Assembly: GCA_032718475.1 (NCBI GenBank)
Contig: JAUCBJ010007504.1
Location: 21,107-85,106 of the forward strand
Length of the DNA: 64,000 nucleotides
DNA from: Nemertoderma westbladi
Taxonomy: Eukaryota > Animalia > Xenacoelomorpha
Direction: 5' to 3'
The notes below the pieces were generated by a model. The model searched no databases, was not told the origin of the DNA, and was given only the letters and a program-made list of their open reading frames with translations. Positions 35,843 through 46,601 of the stretch are shown here, piece after piece; the first letter of the stretch is position 1, and every line of letters begins with the position of its first letter. The position numbers and the translations under genes are program-made.

Positions 35843-38800
35843 TCACTTTCTTGAGGAATGTTTCTGTTTATTCAGATTATATAGTGCTAGAATAATGCAC
35901 TCGATCAGACGCTTCTGTAACGGCCAATACTTAAATTGGTGACACATATCACTAATACATTCGTCATTAATCGCAATATTTGAAAATTCTTCTCCATTCG
36001 TGAGTAGCTGGAATGAGTGACTTACTTTCGATTCCAATGATTTATATCCATGGACTTTCACTGTTAATTCAGGAAGTATTTCCCAGCATTCATGCAAAAA
36101 GGTGTTACTAGTACTTGAAGAACCCATCATGTTCCACATGTTTGCCAATCCATTGAAAGTTTTATAAAACACATCCTTTGAGGTTTCAGGAGGCTTGAAT
36201 AACTGAACCATATCTTTAGCGAGAAATCGTTGCCATATATTAGCAGGATGAAGGTTTCGACATAAAATAAGCGAAAACTTTGACTTTCGTAGATGCAAAC
36301 TCTCAGAACTTTCACAGGAATGAATTTGGTGGATAAAATTCGTAGGAAATATTTCCAACCAGGTCGATACCCGCTTCTCAAGTGGTACCTCCTTGGCAAA
36401 ATTTTGAGCACTCATATCAGTAATATCACCGTGTGTGAGCTGAATATATGGAGTGTCAAATAGAAGCACCCGTTCTATTAATGTTGGGCTAGCAGGCCTC
36501 CAGTTTAAAATTGAGACGATAGTCCATTTTGGGCCAGGTGCAAGAACTGTCAATCTGACATCACCAAGTTGGAACAATGTCAGCTGCCGATGTACTTCAA
36601 CAATATGGGCAGAGTCACTATGACGCGTATCTGGAACTAGAATTGAATAAAGTCCATGAAGCATGGCATCTCCTATATCGTCAAACTTACTGATATTGGC
36701 TTCTTTATACCAGTTAATAACATTTAATGACACATTAAGTTCATTGGAAAACTTCATAGAGTTCCCTGACATCAATGATTTTGCAAGTTTAGATGTCTGC
36801 TGTTTGCGCATTAGTCGGTCCTTCCTCCTAGCAGCTTCTGCTTCCTTCTCCGTATTGAATTTATCAGCGTAATTTGGCCTCCGAACAAAGAGATTGAGGG
36901 CAAGTCCTTTGACAATCTTTGGCAAATGCGCTAAAGGTCCTCTTGATGCATGGAGTAAAAATCCCGCACTGTGATGTACACGAAGTGAATTATTAGCAAG
37001 TCTAAATGGAGATTGAGTGTCAAGGAACTTCCTGAGACCATCGACTAATCTCTTCGTTATCCATTTCAGTTCAGCATTATCTGGAAACTGTTCTATCGAA
37101 ATCGATAACACATCACATACTGGTAAAGAGTTTTCTTCCAGTTGATTACATGTTAAGGCTGTTAATAGACGGCAGTCTGAATTAAACAGGATCTCAATAA
37201 GAGTTGAGTCTGAGGTATGTTTATAAACTTGATGTATGAGATTCACTTTTGCACAAAAGACAAGTTCCGGAGATGACTTTGTTTTGCTGTGCCAGATTGC
37301 AATTCCCATATTAACTGTACCTGGATCGATGCCGACAGACCTGATTGATTTCAGATTTAGATTTTGGTTAATATTGTTGTCTAGTTGGCGGGAATAAATG
37401 GGTATAGTCAATATCGCTTCTCCCATTCCAAAGCGTTTAGTAAAAGCTTTGCTGTTTTCAATTAAGACAAGCTCTTCACGGTTCCTTTTTAAATCCATTT
37501 TCGATGTTCCAAGCTTCAAAAAAGTTTCTTGAGAAAAGGGTTCAGGATATAGATTGCTACAGCCATCAGCGCGCGTGAAGGATACTTGGACAAGCTGGCT
37601 CAGCATACTCAAATTGCTTCGGGCGAGTTCATCAGCATTCAAATTGATATACACTGGACGACCTGGATATTCCTTACTTTGAGATTTATGCACCGTGATG
37701 GCATGATTCGGAACGAAAGGAAATTGTGTCCGTGTGATCTTTTCCGCATATCTTCTGCGACGTTTGCCAGTGAGCCTGCTAGACATGGGGAAAATTCGAA
37801 CCCATGTAGGATGATCCGGAAAATCGGACTCCAAGCCATCCTCAATATCATATGATGGTATATCTACAACGACATGGTTAGGTTGTGGATGCTCACCGCG
37901 CATAACAGCATCACAGTCTGATCTTCCGTACACTATTTTCTTAATAGTCCCAGTGCCACCATTGATAATTCTTTTTTTGACACTAATGTTGTCTACAAAT
38001 AGTACATCCAACCCAATATATAATGGAATGCAGTGTTCAACCATTATATCAAAATCTGATGGTGAAATCTTCTCCACATTAGCAAGGTTATGATTATAGT
38101 TGGCAATTGATAAGAATAACGGAACATTGTGGAAGCAAATCTCATCTACACAAGCTCGCGCATTTCTAAACATTCTTGTACTATTATCATACAGTAGTGA
38201 TACAGGTTCAATTCCTAAATTATGTCGCGTGGGGTGGGTACCCAGTGTGTTCATTGCCTTAAAAACTTCACAATAGTCTGTTAATGTTTGATCTCCTGTG
38301 CGTATTCGCCCCGCAATACTAGCTAGTTGGCTATCGGATCGATACACATTATTCAAACATATGACATTTGGTCGTATCTCCGTTTGGTAAAGTTTATGGC
38401 CTAAATGAGATGGTGCCTTAGCTCTGGCTCCTCGACTAGGAGGAGTTGTATCCAACAGGTTCGGTGGCGAATCCCAAAGTGCGCGGGATAACACTGGTGG
38501 GAGTTGGCCAATGTCACCAACAAACATCGCTTTTTTGCCACCCCACAGCTGACCATACTTTCCTGTCGCATGTTGTAAAGAACTGTCCAACAGTGCTAAG
38601 GTTACTGGTGATGCCATTGAAATTTCATCTACAATGACTACTTTAACATCTTGTAGGAACTCTTTGATTTGGGTCTGTCGATTGGATATTTTGCTAGGAT
38701 TGTTGTCCCATAAAGTTTTACCATTATAGATACCATAAAAACCCTCTAAGGTGGAGCAATGGAGGTTTGCAGCTGCCACTCCACTAATACCATGAAGTAA

Positions 38801-41800
38801 AACCTTTGATTCACCCAGTATATGATATATCCGTTTTATGACTTCAGTCTTACCTGATCCACCGGGCCCATGTAAGAAGAGCGTTTTCACGGAAGGCACA
38901 CCATTAACCTCATCATTACACATCAAATCGACAGCAAGCTGTTGATATGGATCCAAAATACGTAATCCACCTTCATCACGAGAAGGACCGCCCATAAATG
39001 TCTTTGAAGAATTTTGCAATTCCTTCCATGATGATAATACTGCAGAATACTCTGTGGAATTAATATCTATTGAATCAAAGGAAGATATAGGTCTACAGGG
39101 AATTTCATCAATGCATGTGCGTAATATATTTTCAGGCTCTATATAGGAATCACAATCAAAATCATTGCTGAGCAATTTACTCAATGAAATCTTCTCTATT
39201 TCTAAGTTTTCTAATGTTGGATCCTGAAGAGCACCACTAGTATCACCTTCATCACAACCATAAGATTCATGTTCTATTTCTAGAGGGACGCAGTTGAATT
39301 GAGATTTTATCTTTGTAATATACTTTGAATGTTCACTCTCCGATTTGAAGGTATTTTGGAAGACCCGAAAACGAAAACAAGGATCATTACATTTGACTGA
39401 TATCTGAAATTCTTCGGTTTGATTTAATGTTGACCTGCTGCGCTCAGATAGGTTCTGCATCCACATCTCGTAAAACCTTTGGTATGCCATTATTACATCC
39501 TTCCTTCCAGATTTGATATCATCCTGTAGAATCTCATCAATAAATATGCTTAAAGAAGTAAAAGGAAAAAACGCAATACATTCTAGCCGCAGGTTCTGTA
39601 GTGCACGCTTGTCATCAGAATTTAGAGAACTCCATGTCGATCCTTGCAAAGCATTTAATTTTTCAGGACGATCTGAAAACTGTTGGGGCACAATGTGTGG
39701 AACTCTAGGAAAATTTGAATTAACTCTCTTGTATATAAAAATGTCATCTTTCTTATTATATGAACAATTTACTGTTCGGAGGAAATCGAAGTAACTCATA
39801 CTTTCAGGTGACTCTAAAGTTGATGACCAATTCACATTAGAATTTGTTCTATTTAAATAAAATTTCAAATTTGACTTAGCTGGTACAATGAATATGTTTG
39901 TAACTTTGTAAATATCGGCGTTGTTGGTCTCTAAATTACTGCTATCTTCAGTGTCGGATATTCTATCGCAAATTATTGTTTCGATAGTATTTGTATCTCG
40001 AGTTATACTTGCTACAATTGGTGATGTTTGACTGCACTTCAATGGCAGTATGCGAGGCATGCATGATATAGTGTCTGGGAGATCAAGAGAATGGAATAAC
40101 AGCTCCCTTCTAGTCATGTCCTTGGGATTAAATATATGTGCAATAGTTAATCGGCGAACAATGCTCTGTATGGTTATATCAGGTTCGCTCTCAACCAGTT
40201 GCATGAGTTTTACAACTGCAGCATCAACTGATGATGATAGTGATGTCGACTTGGCAGCATATTTAACTGCATATCTTATAACGGAAAAAGGGCAACTGAT
40301 TACTGTTAAATCGGTGTTAGCCCGCCAGTATTGTTGAAGGATGGGGTTAATATTATTTAGTCTAGCAAATGACTTATGTTCTCTCTTCGTTAAAACATGA
40401 CATTCCGTAAATTCCATTGTTGCAGTTACTTTTGAAAATCCAATTTTTGTAGAGTCCCGCCGTGGCTTCATTCCTCCATGGCGACAACCATCTCCACTGG
40501 AATTACCTCCACAAGTTTCTTGGTGGCAGTCATGGATTTGTGCTAATGCAGCTTGATGAGATCTATCTTTCCATTCGGGGTTACACAAGTCTTGATGGTT
40601 AATGGGATCTCGCATCAGAGGGTGATTATATGGAGTATATTGATCTTTTGGGGGAAGTTTGCGCCATTCCTTTAAAATCTGCCTGAGATCTACTAGAGTT
40701 TCGTTTTCATCTGCAAAATTAGTAGTTATTAAACTATCATATAGATTTGTCAAATAGACCTCAGCTAATGTACCAACGTGTAATATTCTAGTTGCCTTAT
40801 TTCTGAAGCTCTCTTTCATTTTCCCTTCTGCCCACCATTTCTTCACAGTTCGTGCACGATGAATAAGATGAGATAACAAGATTGGTTCGTATACATGATT
40901 GAGGCGAAGAAGAAAGTGCCAATGCTGCACACCACGGGAAGGTCCCCATTCAACGCGGCCCCAATACCATCCAGAAGTAGCATCGACATCACAGACACGC
41001 TGAAAAAAGGCCTTTGCCATGATCTTCATCTTCATGTGAAGGTACTGTTCCACAATAGCTGCATGCTTATTTAAAAGATTGTTCCACTCTGTTCTATTTA
41101 TAATGAACCAATCTGATGAGAACTGATCATTGTTACCATTATTCTCACATAAGAATATGAGTCGCCTAACTCCATAATCTGTTCTCAGATTATTATTAAA
41201 TGTCACGAAGACATTCGGAAATCCAGATGTCATGCATAACGATTGTAATTGCATGCGTATAGATTTCCATCGCTCACAGGAGTGTGGGTATCGTCGCAAA
41301 TGGGCGACTAGTAGTGGTGCAACCGACTCGGGATGTCCACGATTGAAAGCCAAAAGAAGATCATTGATTCTAATATTCTCAATCTCAGCCTCACTATGCA
41401 AATAGAATCTTATACCATCCATTGCCGTAGTAAGATTAAGTTGATCGTAAACTACGAAAGAATAAATATCATCTTCGGCATAAGGCCATCTAAATCGGCC
41501 ATCATTTTCCTTTACAGCATATTTAAGCTGGTGACTCAACGTTTTCTTAAGTATATCCAAATGTGTGCGATGTGATTTACCATTGTCATCCTCAGTGAAC
41601 AGAATATCAGTGATAGAGGTTTGTTTATCACCATGTAGATCTGGAAATTGATCCTGAATGCGCCAGTTGTGTGAGGACACTTTATTCTCCCACATTGAAG
41701 TGACATCAATGTGTTGCGGATTTCCAGATAATTGCGACTCCACAGCTTGCCGAATTCCAGTTTGAATATACCCACTCAGACTCTCATTGGTACGGAATAG

Positions 41801-42919
41801 GTTATGAGCAGTGCTATCAGATTGTGCATACATGTCATCCTGCACTTCCCGCACAGTGCAAACTATGTCTTCATCTTCAAGAGTCAATGGTTCTGTACAT
41901 ACACGATTAAACTCTTCCACTAAATGTAGCAACTCCTCATCAGATACAACATGAGTGTAACAACTTCTTTGATTGACGAGATGATGAACCCATAATTTAA
42001 CAACATTACTCCGCACTTTCATTCTCTTGATGATTTTATCTTTATCATCTTTTGCAACAACTACAACGTGACTGGAAAATTCTGTATGTGGAATAACATT
42101 TTCCAGTGTTTGCTTTAAGTTATGGCTTACTACTATGCTATGACAACCAAAACGCGGGCCTCCTGCAAAGTCAAATTTTACGCTGGTGAAAGCTTGCTGC
42201 TTGGAAATCATACACCGCTCAGCTGGTGAACATTTTGGTAAGTGACCAATGTTTGATTGATATTCAGCAGGAACCATTGTTGTAGATAAGGCAATATCTC
42301 GGTGATCTGGTTTCTGAGTTTTCCTTTTCATCCTTGACTTACATGTTGAACATTGATTATTGGTATATTCCTTGGAAGGTCGAACTGTAATTTCGTGGCA
42401 AACTTCGCATTGCTTTAAGCACCAATCTGTACTCCATTGCCTTACAGCATCCCCCATTACATATTTTACAAAAGCCGAATCCTGCCTCTGAATTATCTGA
42501 GCTTGATTCCGTTGATCCTTTTCAAGAAATTCAAGATGTTTTCGAATGCGCTGATCCCAGGGCCACAAGGGTATCTGCATTTTTTTAGAATCATCCTTAC
42601 AGCGCGCTAATTCAATCTGGAAATTCTCTACCTCTACTGGATTAGCATCTACATTACACATTTCAAGCTCTATGTCAGTATCAACTGATTTAACTCCCCA
42701 GTTATCTAAAGTACATTTTAACAAACTTAGTTCTTTATCAAGTTCCAAATAGAAGGGACATGATGTACAAAATTTAGTTCTCTCTTCCCATGAAGCTGGA
42801 CCCTTTGCAGACTCTGTTCCATTATTTTGTCTTTGTCTTTGACTTTGCTTCGAGTGTCGATCAGTAGTTCGTTTTTTTTCCCGCACTGTTTGAGAAGTTT
42901 GTTTTGTTCGCTTTGCATT
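35843..42919 (-). CDS. Helitron-type Rep/Pif1 helicase, giant terminal exon, with C-terminal RuvC/A22-like domain
   Basis: HUH Rep motifs FPNVFVTFN, VEWGPSRGVQHWHFLL, YAVKYAAK; Pif1 motifs GPGGSGKT, IVDEISM, GDIGQLPPV, RTQFP..AITVHKSQ; VGIDPG, ISIEQ, KFDDIGDA; acceptor TTTTTTAG just upstream of 42919. Confidence 0.92.
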   Translation of the reverse strand, partial: NAKRTKQTSQTVREKKRTTDRHSKQSQRQRQNNGTESAKGPASWEERTKFCTSCPFYLELDKELSLLKCTLDNWGVKSVDTDIELEMCNVDANPVEVENFQIELARCKDDSKKMQIPLWPWDQRIRKHLEFLEKDQRNQAQIIQRQDSAFVKYVMGDAVRQWSTDWCLKQCEVCHEITVRPSKEYTNNQCSTCKSRMKRKTQKPDHRDIALSTTMVPAEYQSNIGHLPKCSPAERCMISKQQAFTSVKFDFAGGPRFGCHSIVVSHNLKQTLENVIPHTEFSSHVVVVAKDDKDKIIKRMKVRSNVVKLWVHHLVNQRSCYTHVVSDEELLHLVEEFNRVCTEPLTLEDEDIVCTVREVQDDMYAQSDSTAHNLFRTNESLSGYIQTGIRQAVESQLSGNPQHIDVTSMWENKVSSHNWRIQDQFPDLHGDKQTSITDILFTEDDNGKSHRTHLDILKKTLSHQLKYAVKENDGRFRWPYAEDDIYSFVVYDQLNLTTAMDGIRFYLHSEAEIENIRINDLLLAFNRGHPESVAPLLVAHLRRYPHSCERWKSIRMQLQSLCMTSGFPNVFVTFNNNLRTDYGVRRLIFLCENNGNNDQFSSDWFIINRTEWNNLLNKHAAIVEQYLHMKMKIMAKAFFQRVCDVDATSGWYWGRVEWGPSRGVQHWHFLLRLNHVYEPILLSHLIHRARTVKKWWAEGKMKESFRNKATRILHVGTLAEVYLTNLYDSLITTNFADENETLVDLRQILKEWRKLPPKDQYTPYNHPLMRDPINHQDLCNPEWKDRSHQAALAQIHDCHQETCGGNSSGDGCRHGGMKPRRDSTKIGFSKVTATMEFTECHVLTKREHKSFARLNNINPILQQYWRANTDLTVISCPFSVIRYAVKYAAKSTSLSSSVDAAVVKLMQLVESEPDITIQSIVRRLTIAHIFNPKDMTRRELLFHSLDLPDTISCMPRILPLKCSQTSPIVASITRDTNTIETIICDRISDTEDSSNLETNNADIYKVTNIFIVPAKSNLKFYLNRTNSNVNWSSTLESPESMSYFDFLRTVNCSYNKKDDIFIYKRVNSNFPRVPHIVPQQFSDRPEKLNALQGSTWSSLNSDDKRALQNLRLECIAFFPFTSLSIFIDEILQDDIKSGRKDVIMAYQRFYEMWMQNLSERSRSTLNQTEEFQISVKCNDPCFRFRVFQNTFKSESEHSKYITKIKSQFNCVPLEIEHESYGCDEGDTSGALQDPTLENLEIEKISLSKLLSNDFDCDSYIEPENILRTCIDEIPCRPISSFDSIDINSTEYSAVLSSWKELQNSSKTFMGGPSRDEGGLRILDPYQQLAVDLMCNDEVNGVPSVKTLFLHGPGGSGKTEVIKRIYHILGESKVLLHGISGVAAANLHCSTLEGFYGIYNGKTLWDNNPSKISNRQTQIKEFLQDVKVVIVDEISMASPVTLALLDSSLQHATGKYGQLWGGKKAMFVGDIGQLPPVLSRALWDSPPNLLDTTPPSRGARAKAPSHLGHKLYQTEIRPNVICLNNVYRSDSQLASIAGRIRTGDQTLTDYCEVFKAMNTLGTHPTRHNLGIEPVSLLYDNSTRMFRNARACVDEICFHNVPLFLSIANYNHNLANVEKISPSDFDIMVEHCIPLYIGLDVLFVDNISVKKRIINGGTGTIKKIVYGRSDCDAVMRGEHPQPNHVVVDIPSYDIEDGLESDFPDHPTWVRIFPMSSRLTGKRRRRYAEKITRTQFPFVPNHAITVHKSQSKEYPGRPVYINLNADELARSNLSMLSQLVQVSFTRADGCSNLYPEPFSQETFLKLGTSKMDLKRNREELVLIENSKAFTKRFGMGEAILTIPIYSRQLDNNINQNLNLKSIRSVGIDPGTVNMGIAIWHSKTKSSPELVFCAKVNLIHQVYKHTSDSTLIEILFNSDCRLLTALTCNQLEENSLPVCDVLSISIEQFPDNAELKWITKRLVDGLRKFLDTQSPFRLANNSLRVHHSAGFLLHASRGPLAHLPKIVKGLALNLFVRRPNYADKFNTEKEAEAARRKDRLMRKQQTSKLAKSLMSGNSMKFSNELNVSLNVINWYKEANISKFDDIGDAMLHGLYSILVPDTRHSDSAHIVEVHRQLTLFQLGDVRLTVLAPGPKWTIVSILNWRPASPTLIERVLLFDTPYIQLTHGDITDMSAQNFAKEVPLEKRVSTWLEIFPTNFIHQIHSCESSESLHLRKSKFSLILCRNLHPANIWQRFLAKDMVQLFKPPETSKDVFYKTFNGLANMWNMMGSSSTSNTFLHECWEILPELTVKVHGYKSLESKVSHSFQLLTNGEEFSNIAINDECISDMCHQFKYWPLQKRLIECIILALYNLNKQKHSSRK

Positions 42920-43536
42920 CTAAAAAACAAAATTGCATAAGGCTAAAAATAACAAAATCTGGCAAAATTTAAGTGAGATTTTGGTTTAGTAAAATCTTTA
43001 GTAGGTTTAGCCAATACGTACAATTATATATCATATCCTTCCCGATCTGAAACCAGAAAATCGATATAAATATGCGATGAAAATAATGCAAAGAACTAGT
43101 AAACTAATATTCGAGAACACGAAATTATTTTAACATTGAGTAAGGCAGCATCCGGAGTTGAAGAGTACAATAATATGAATCGCAGTAACTATGGAAGCAA
43201 TATACGTAGTTTAAATACTACAGTTCAATTAATCTTATAACACTACTGTACTGTAGTATATCGCTATGTTTTATTACAGAATTTAGCAACAAAAAAGTAC
43301 CAATTTATGAATAAAATTACTTATTACATGGGAAAAAAACGTAGAACATTTTTTTTTCAATATTCTATCGACCCTTTATTAACCTCGCTAGCGCTCGGTA
43401 AAAGTATCTTGAGAATAATGAAAAAAAGTTCTACTTTTTTTCCAATGTAATAAATAATTATTCTCACTACCAAATAAAATAAAACCTTGAAAAAATCATT
43501 GGAATTCTACAACAAAATTTAAATAATTCAACTAAC

Positions 43537-43662
43537 CTTATCAATAGTTCGTTCCCTAGAACGGAAGATTTCATTCATTCGTTTCCTCCCTACCCTAGAT
43601 TTGTCTATCATTCGCCTCTTTATTCTAACAGAATGGTCTTTCGACTTGGAACGTCTTGACAG
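43537..43662 (-). CDS. Predicted 126-nt phase-0 exon of the Helitron gene (copy nearest main exon)
   Basis: TTTCAG acceptor, GTTAGT donor; LSRRSKSKDHSVRIKRRMIDKSRVGRKRMNEIFRSRERTIDK. Confidence 0.65.
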
Positions 43663-43841
43663 CTGAAATATAAATAAATAACATATTATTAGTTCTCCTA
43701 TCTAACATAGAGGCCGGACTTTATCAGCCATCAGCGTGTTCTAATTTAAGAAGAATCGCAAAATCGATCAAAGGTCTGCATCTACTAACGCATGAACTGT
43801 TTCATTGATGGCTTAATATCAATCTTACTCATAAAATATTC

Positions 43842-43914
43842 ACCGGAAGCGGGGATTGAACTCGGTACCTAGAATTTTACAAGTCTAACGCTCTACCAAC
43901 TTCGCCAATGCGCC
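43842..43914 (-). repeat. tRNA-like degenerate sequence repeated in each 1.44-kb unit
   Basis: TGGCGAAGTTGGTAGAGCG and GAGTTCAATCC; copies near 46781, 48225 and partial 49675. Confidence 0.5.
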
Positions 43915-44354
43915 GTATGAAGCCTTATATGCGATGAATATGCGATGAAAATAATGCAAAGCCCAGCTTTTTGTAATGAATGATTTGGCCATGCCTGCAA
44001 CTCAAAGTAAGAAATAACAACAAAAATAAGCAATAAAGTAACGAGATTTATCCTTTCGTTTATTACACAATAATACAATAATTTCCCACCACCAGTGTAT
44101 AAAGACATAAAGTCCGTATTTTTAATAACTTTAATATTTTATAGTCTTCTGTTTTAAACTGCATAAACATGAAACATGCCACATTTCTTAACGTTTAGAT
44201 TATTGTTTTGGTTCCCTCAACGCTCAACCCGCCTCCGTAACCGGCTTCTTTACTAACATGCCTACAGCACAGTGAATATGACCATATATATAATATATAT
44301 TACAGTAGTAGGAGCCCCGCTCGACAGCGGGATACTAATGTAAAAATCTCAGGT

Positions 44355-45905
44355 GTGACTGACTGACTGACTGACTGGCTGACTGATTGACTGGCTGACT
44401 GGCTGACTGGCTGACTGGCTGAGTGGCTGAGTGGCTGACTGGCTGACTGGCTAACTGGCTGACTGGCTGACTGGCTGACTGGCTGACTGGCTGACTGGCT
44501 GACTGGCTGACTGGCTGACTGGCTGACTGGCTGACTGGCTGACTGGCTGACTGGCTGACTGGCTGATGGCTGACTGACTGACTGGCTGACTGACTGACTG
44601 ACTGACTGACTGACTGACTGACTGACTGACTGACTGACTGACTGACTGACTGGCTGGCTGGCTGGCTGGCTGACTGGCTGACTGACTGACTGGCTGACTG
44701 GCTGACTGGCTGACTGGCTGACTGGCTGACTGGCTGACTGGCTGACTGGCTGACTGGCTGACTGGCTGACTGACTGACTGGCTGACTGGCTGAATGGCTG
44801 AATGGCTGACTGGCTGGCTGACTGGCTGACTGACTGACTGACTGACTGACTGACTGACTGACTGACTGACTGACTGACTGACTGACTGACTGACTGACTG
44901 ACTGACTGACTGACTGACTGACTGACTGACTGACTGACTGACTGACTGACTGACTGACTGACTGACTGACTGACTGACTGACTGACTGACTGACTGACTG
45001 ACTGACTGACTGACTGACTGACTGACTGACTGACTGACTGACTGACTGACTGACTGACTGACTGACTGACTGACTGACTGACTGACTGACTGACTGACTG
45101 ACTGACTGACTGACTGACTGACTGACTGACTGACTGACTGACTGACTGACTGACTGACTGACTGACTGACTGACTGACTGACTGACTGACTGACTGACTG
45201 ACTGACTGACTGACTGACTGACTGACTGACTGACTGACTGACTGACTGACTGACTGACTGACTGACTGACTGACTGACTGACTGACTGACTGACTGACTG
45301 ACTGACTGACTGACTGACTGACTGACTGACTGACTGACTGACTGACTGACTGACTGACTGACTGACTGACTGACTGACTGACTGACTGACTGACTGACTG
45401 ACTGACTGACTGACTGACTGACTGACTGACTGACTGACTGACTGACTGACTGACTGACTGACTGACTGACTGACTGACTGACTGACTGACTGACTGACTG
45501 ACTGACTGACTGACTGACTGACTGACTGACTGACTGACTGACTGACTGACTGACTGACTGACTGACTGACTGACTGACTGACTGACTGACTGACTGACTG
45601 ACTGACTGACTGACTGACTGACTGACTGACTGACTGACTGACTGACTGACTGACTGACTGACTGACTGACTGACTGACTGACTGACTGACTGACTGACTG
45701 ACTGACTGACTGACTGACTGACTGACTGACTGACTGACTGACTGACTGACTGACTGACTGACTGACTGACTGACTGACTGACTGACTGACTGACTGACTG
45801 ACTGACTGACTGACTGACTGACTGACTGACTGACTGACTGACTGACTGACTGACTGACTGACTGACTGACTGACTGACTGACTGACTGACTGACTGACTG
45901 ACTGA
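44355..45905. repeat. (GACT)n microsatellite ~1.55 kb with GGCT variants at left
   Basis: Directly visible; pure GACT from about 44827. Confidence 0.99.
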
Positions 45906-46475
45906 TATTTGACTGGAATTTGAGCAAAATCCATTCACACACTCAAAAGTTATTGCAAATTTGGTGTCTGCGTGGCGTACTCCAAAACGGAACTCAATAT
46001 CCATTATTGTTTTAAGTTGTTAAGCGGCTCTCTAGTTACGTAATAAATATTCGATAACACGAAATTATTTTAACATTGAGTAAGGCAGCATCCGGAGTTG
46101 AAGAGTACAATAATATGAATCGCAGCAACTATGGAAGCAATATACGTAGTTTAAATACTACAGTTCAATTAATCTTATAACACTACTGTACTGTAGTATA
46201 TCGCTATGTTTTATTACAGAATTTAGTAACAAAATAGTACCAATTTATGAATAAAATTACGTATTACATGGGAAAAAAACGTAGAACATTTTTTTTTCAA
46301 TATTCTATCAACCCTTTATTAACCTCGCTAACGCTCGGTAAAAATATCTCGAAAATAATGAAAAAAGTTCTACTTTTTTTCCAATGTAATAAATAATTAT
46401 TCTCACTACCAAATAAAATAAAACCTTGAAAAAATCATTGGAATTCTACAACAAAATTTAAATAATTCAACTAAC

Positions 46476-46601
46476 CTTATCAATAGTTCGTTCCCTAGAA
46501 CGGAAGATTTCATTCATTCGTTTCCTCCCTACACTAGATTTGTCTATCATTCGCTTCTTTATTCTAACAGAATGGTCTTTCGACTTGGAACGTCTTGACA
46601 G
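46476..46601 (-). CDS. Predicted 126-nt phase-0 exon copy
   Basis: Same splice sites and open frame as 43537-43662. Confidence 0.6.

Noticed and set aside
36630-37345. Fanzor/TnpB RNA-guided nuclease captured by a Helitron
   Set aside because: GIDPG fits, but the third motif is DDIGD (A22/Ydc2 type) rather than RD.NA..NI, and no zinc finger or WED/REC region is visible.
43842-43914. Functional tRNA gene
   Set aside because: Acceptor and anticodon stems pair poorly; treated as tRNA-derived repeat.
44300-46004. QSVS-repeat ORFs over 500 aa
   Set aside because: Translation artefact of (AGTC)n.
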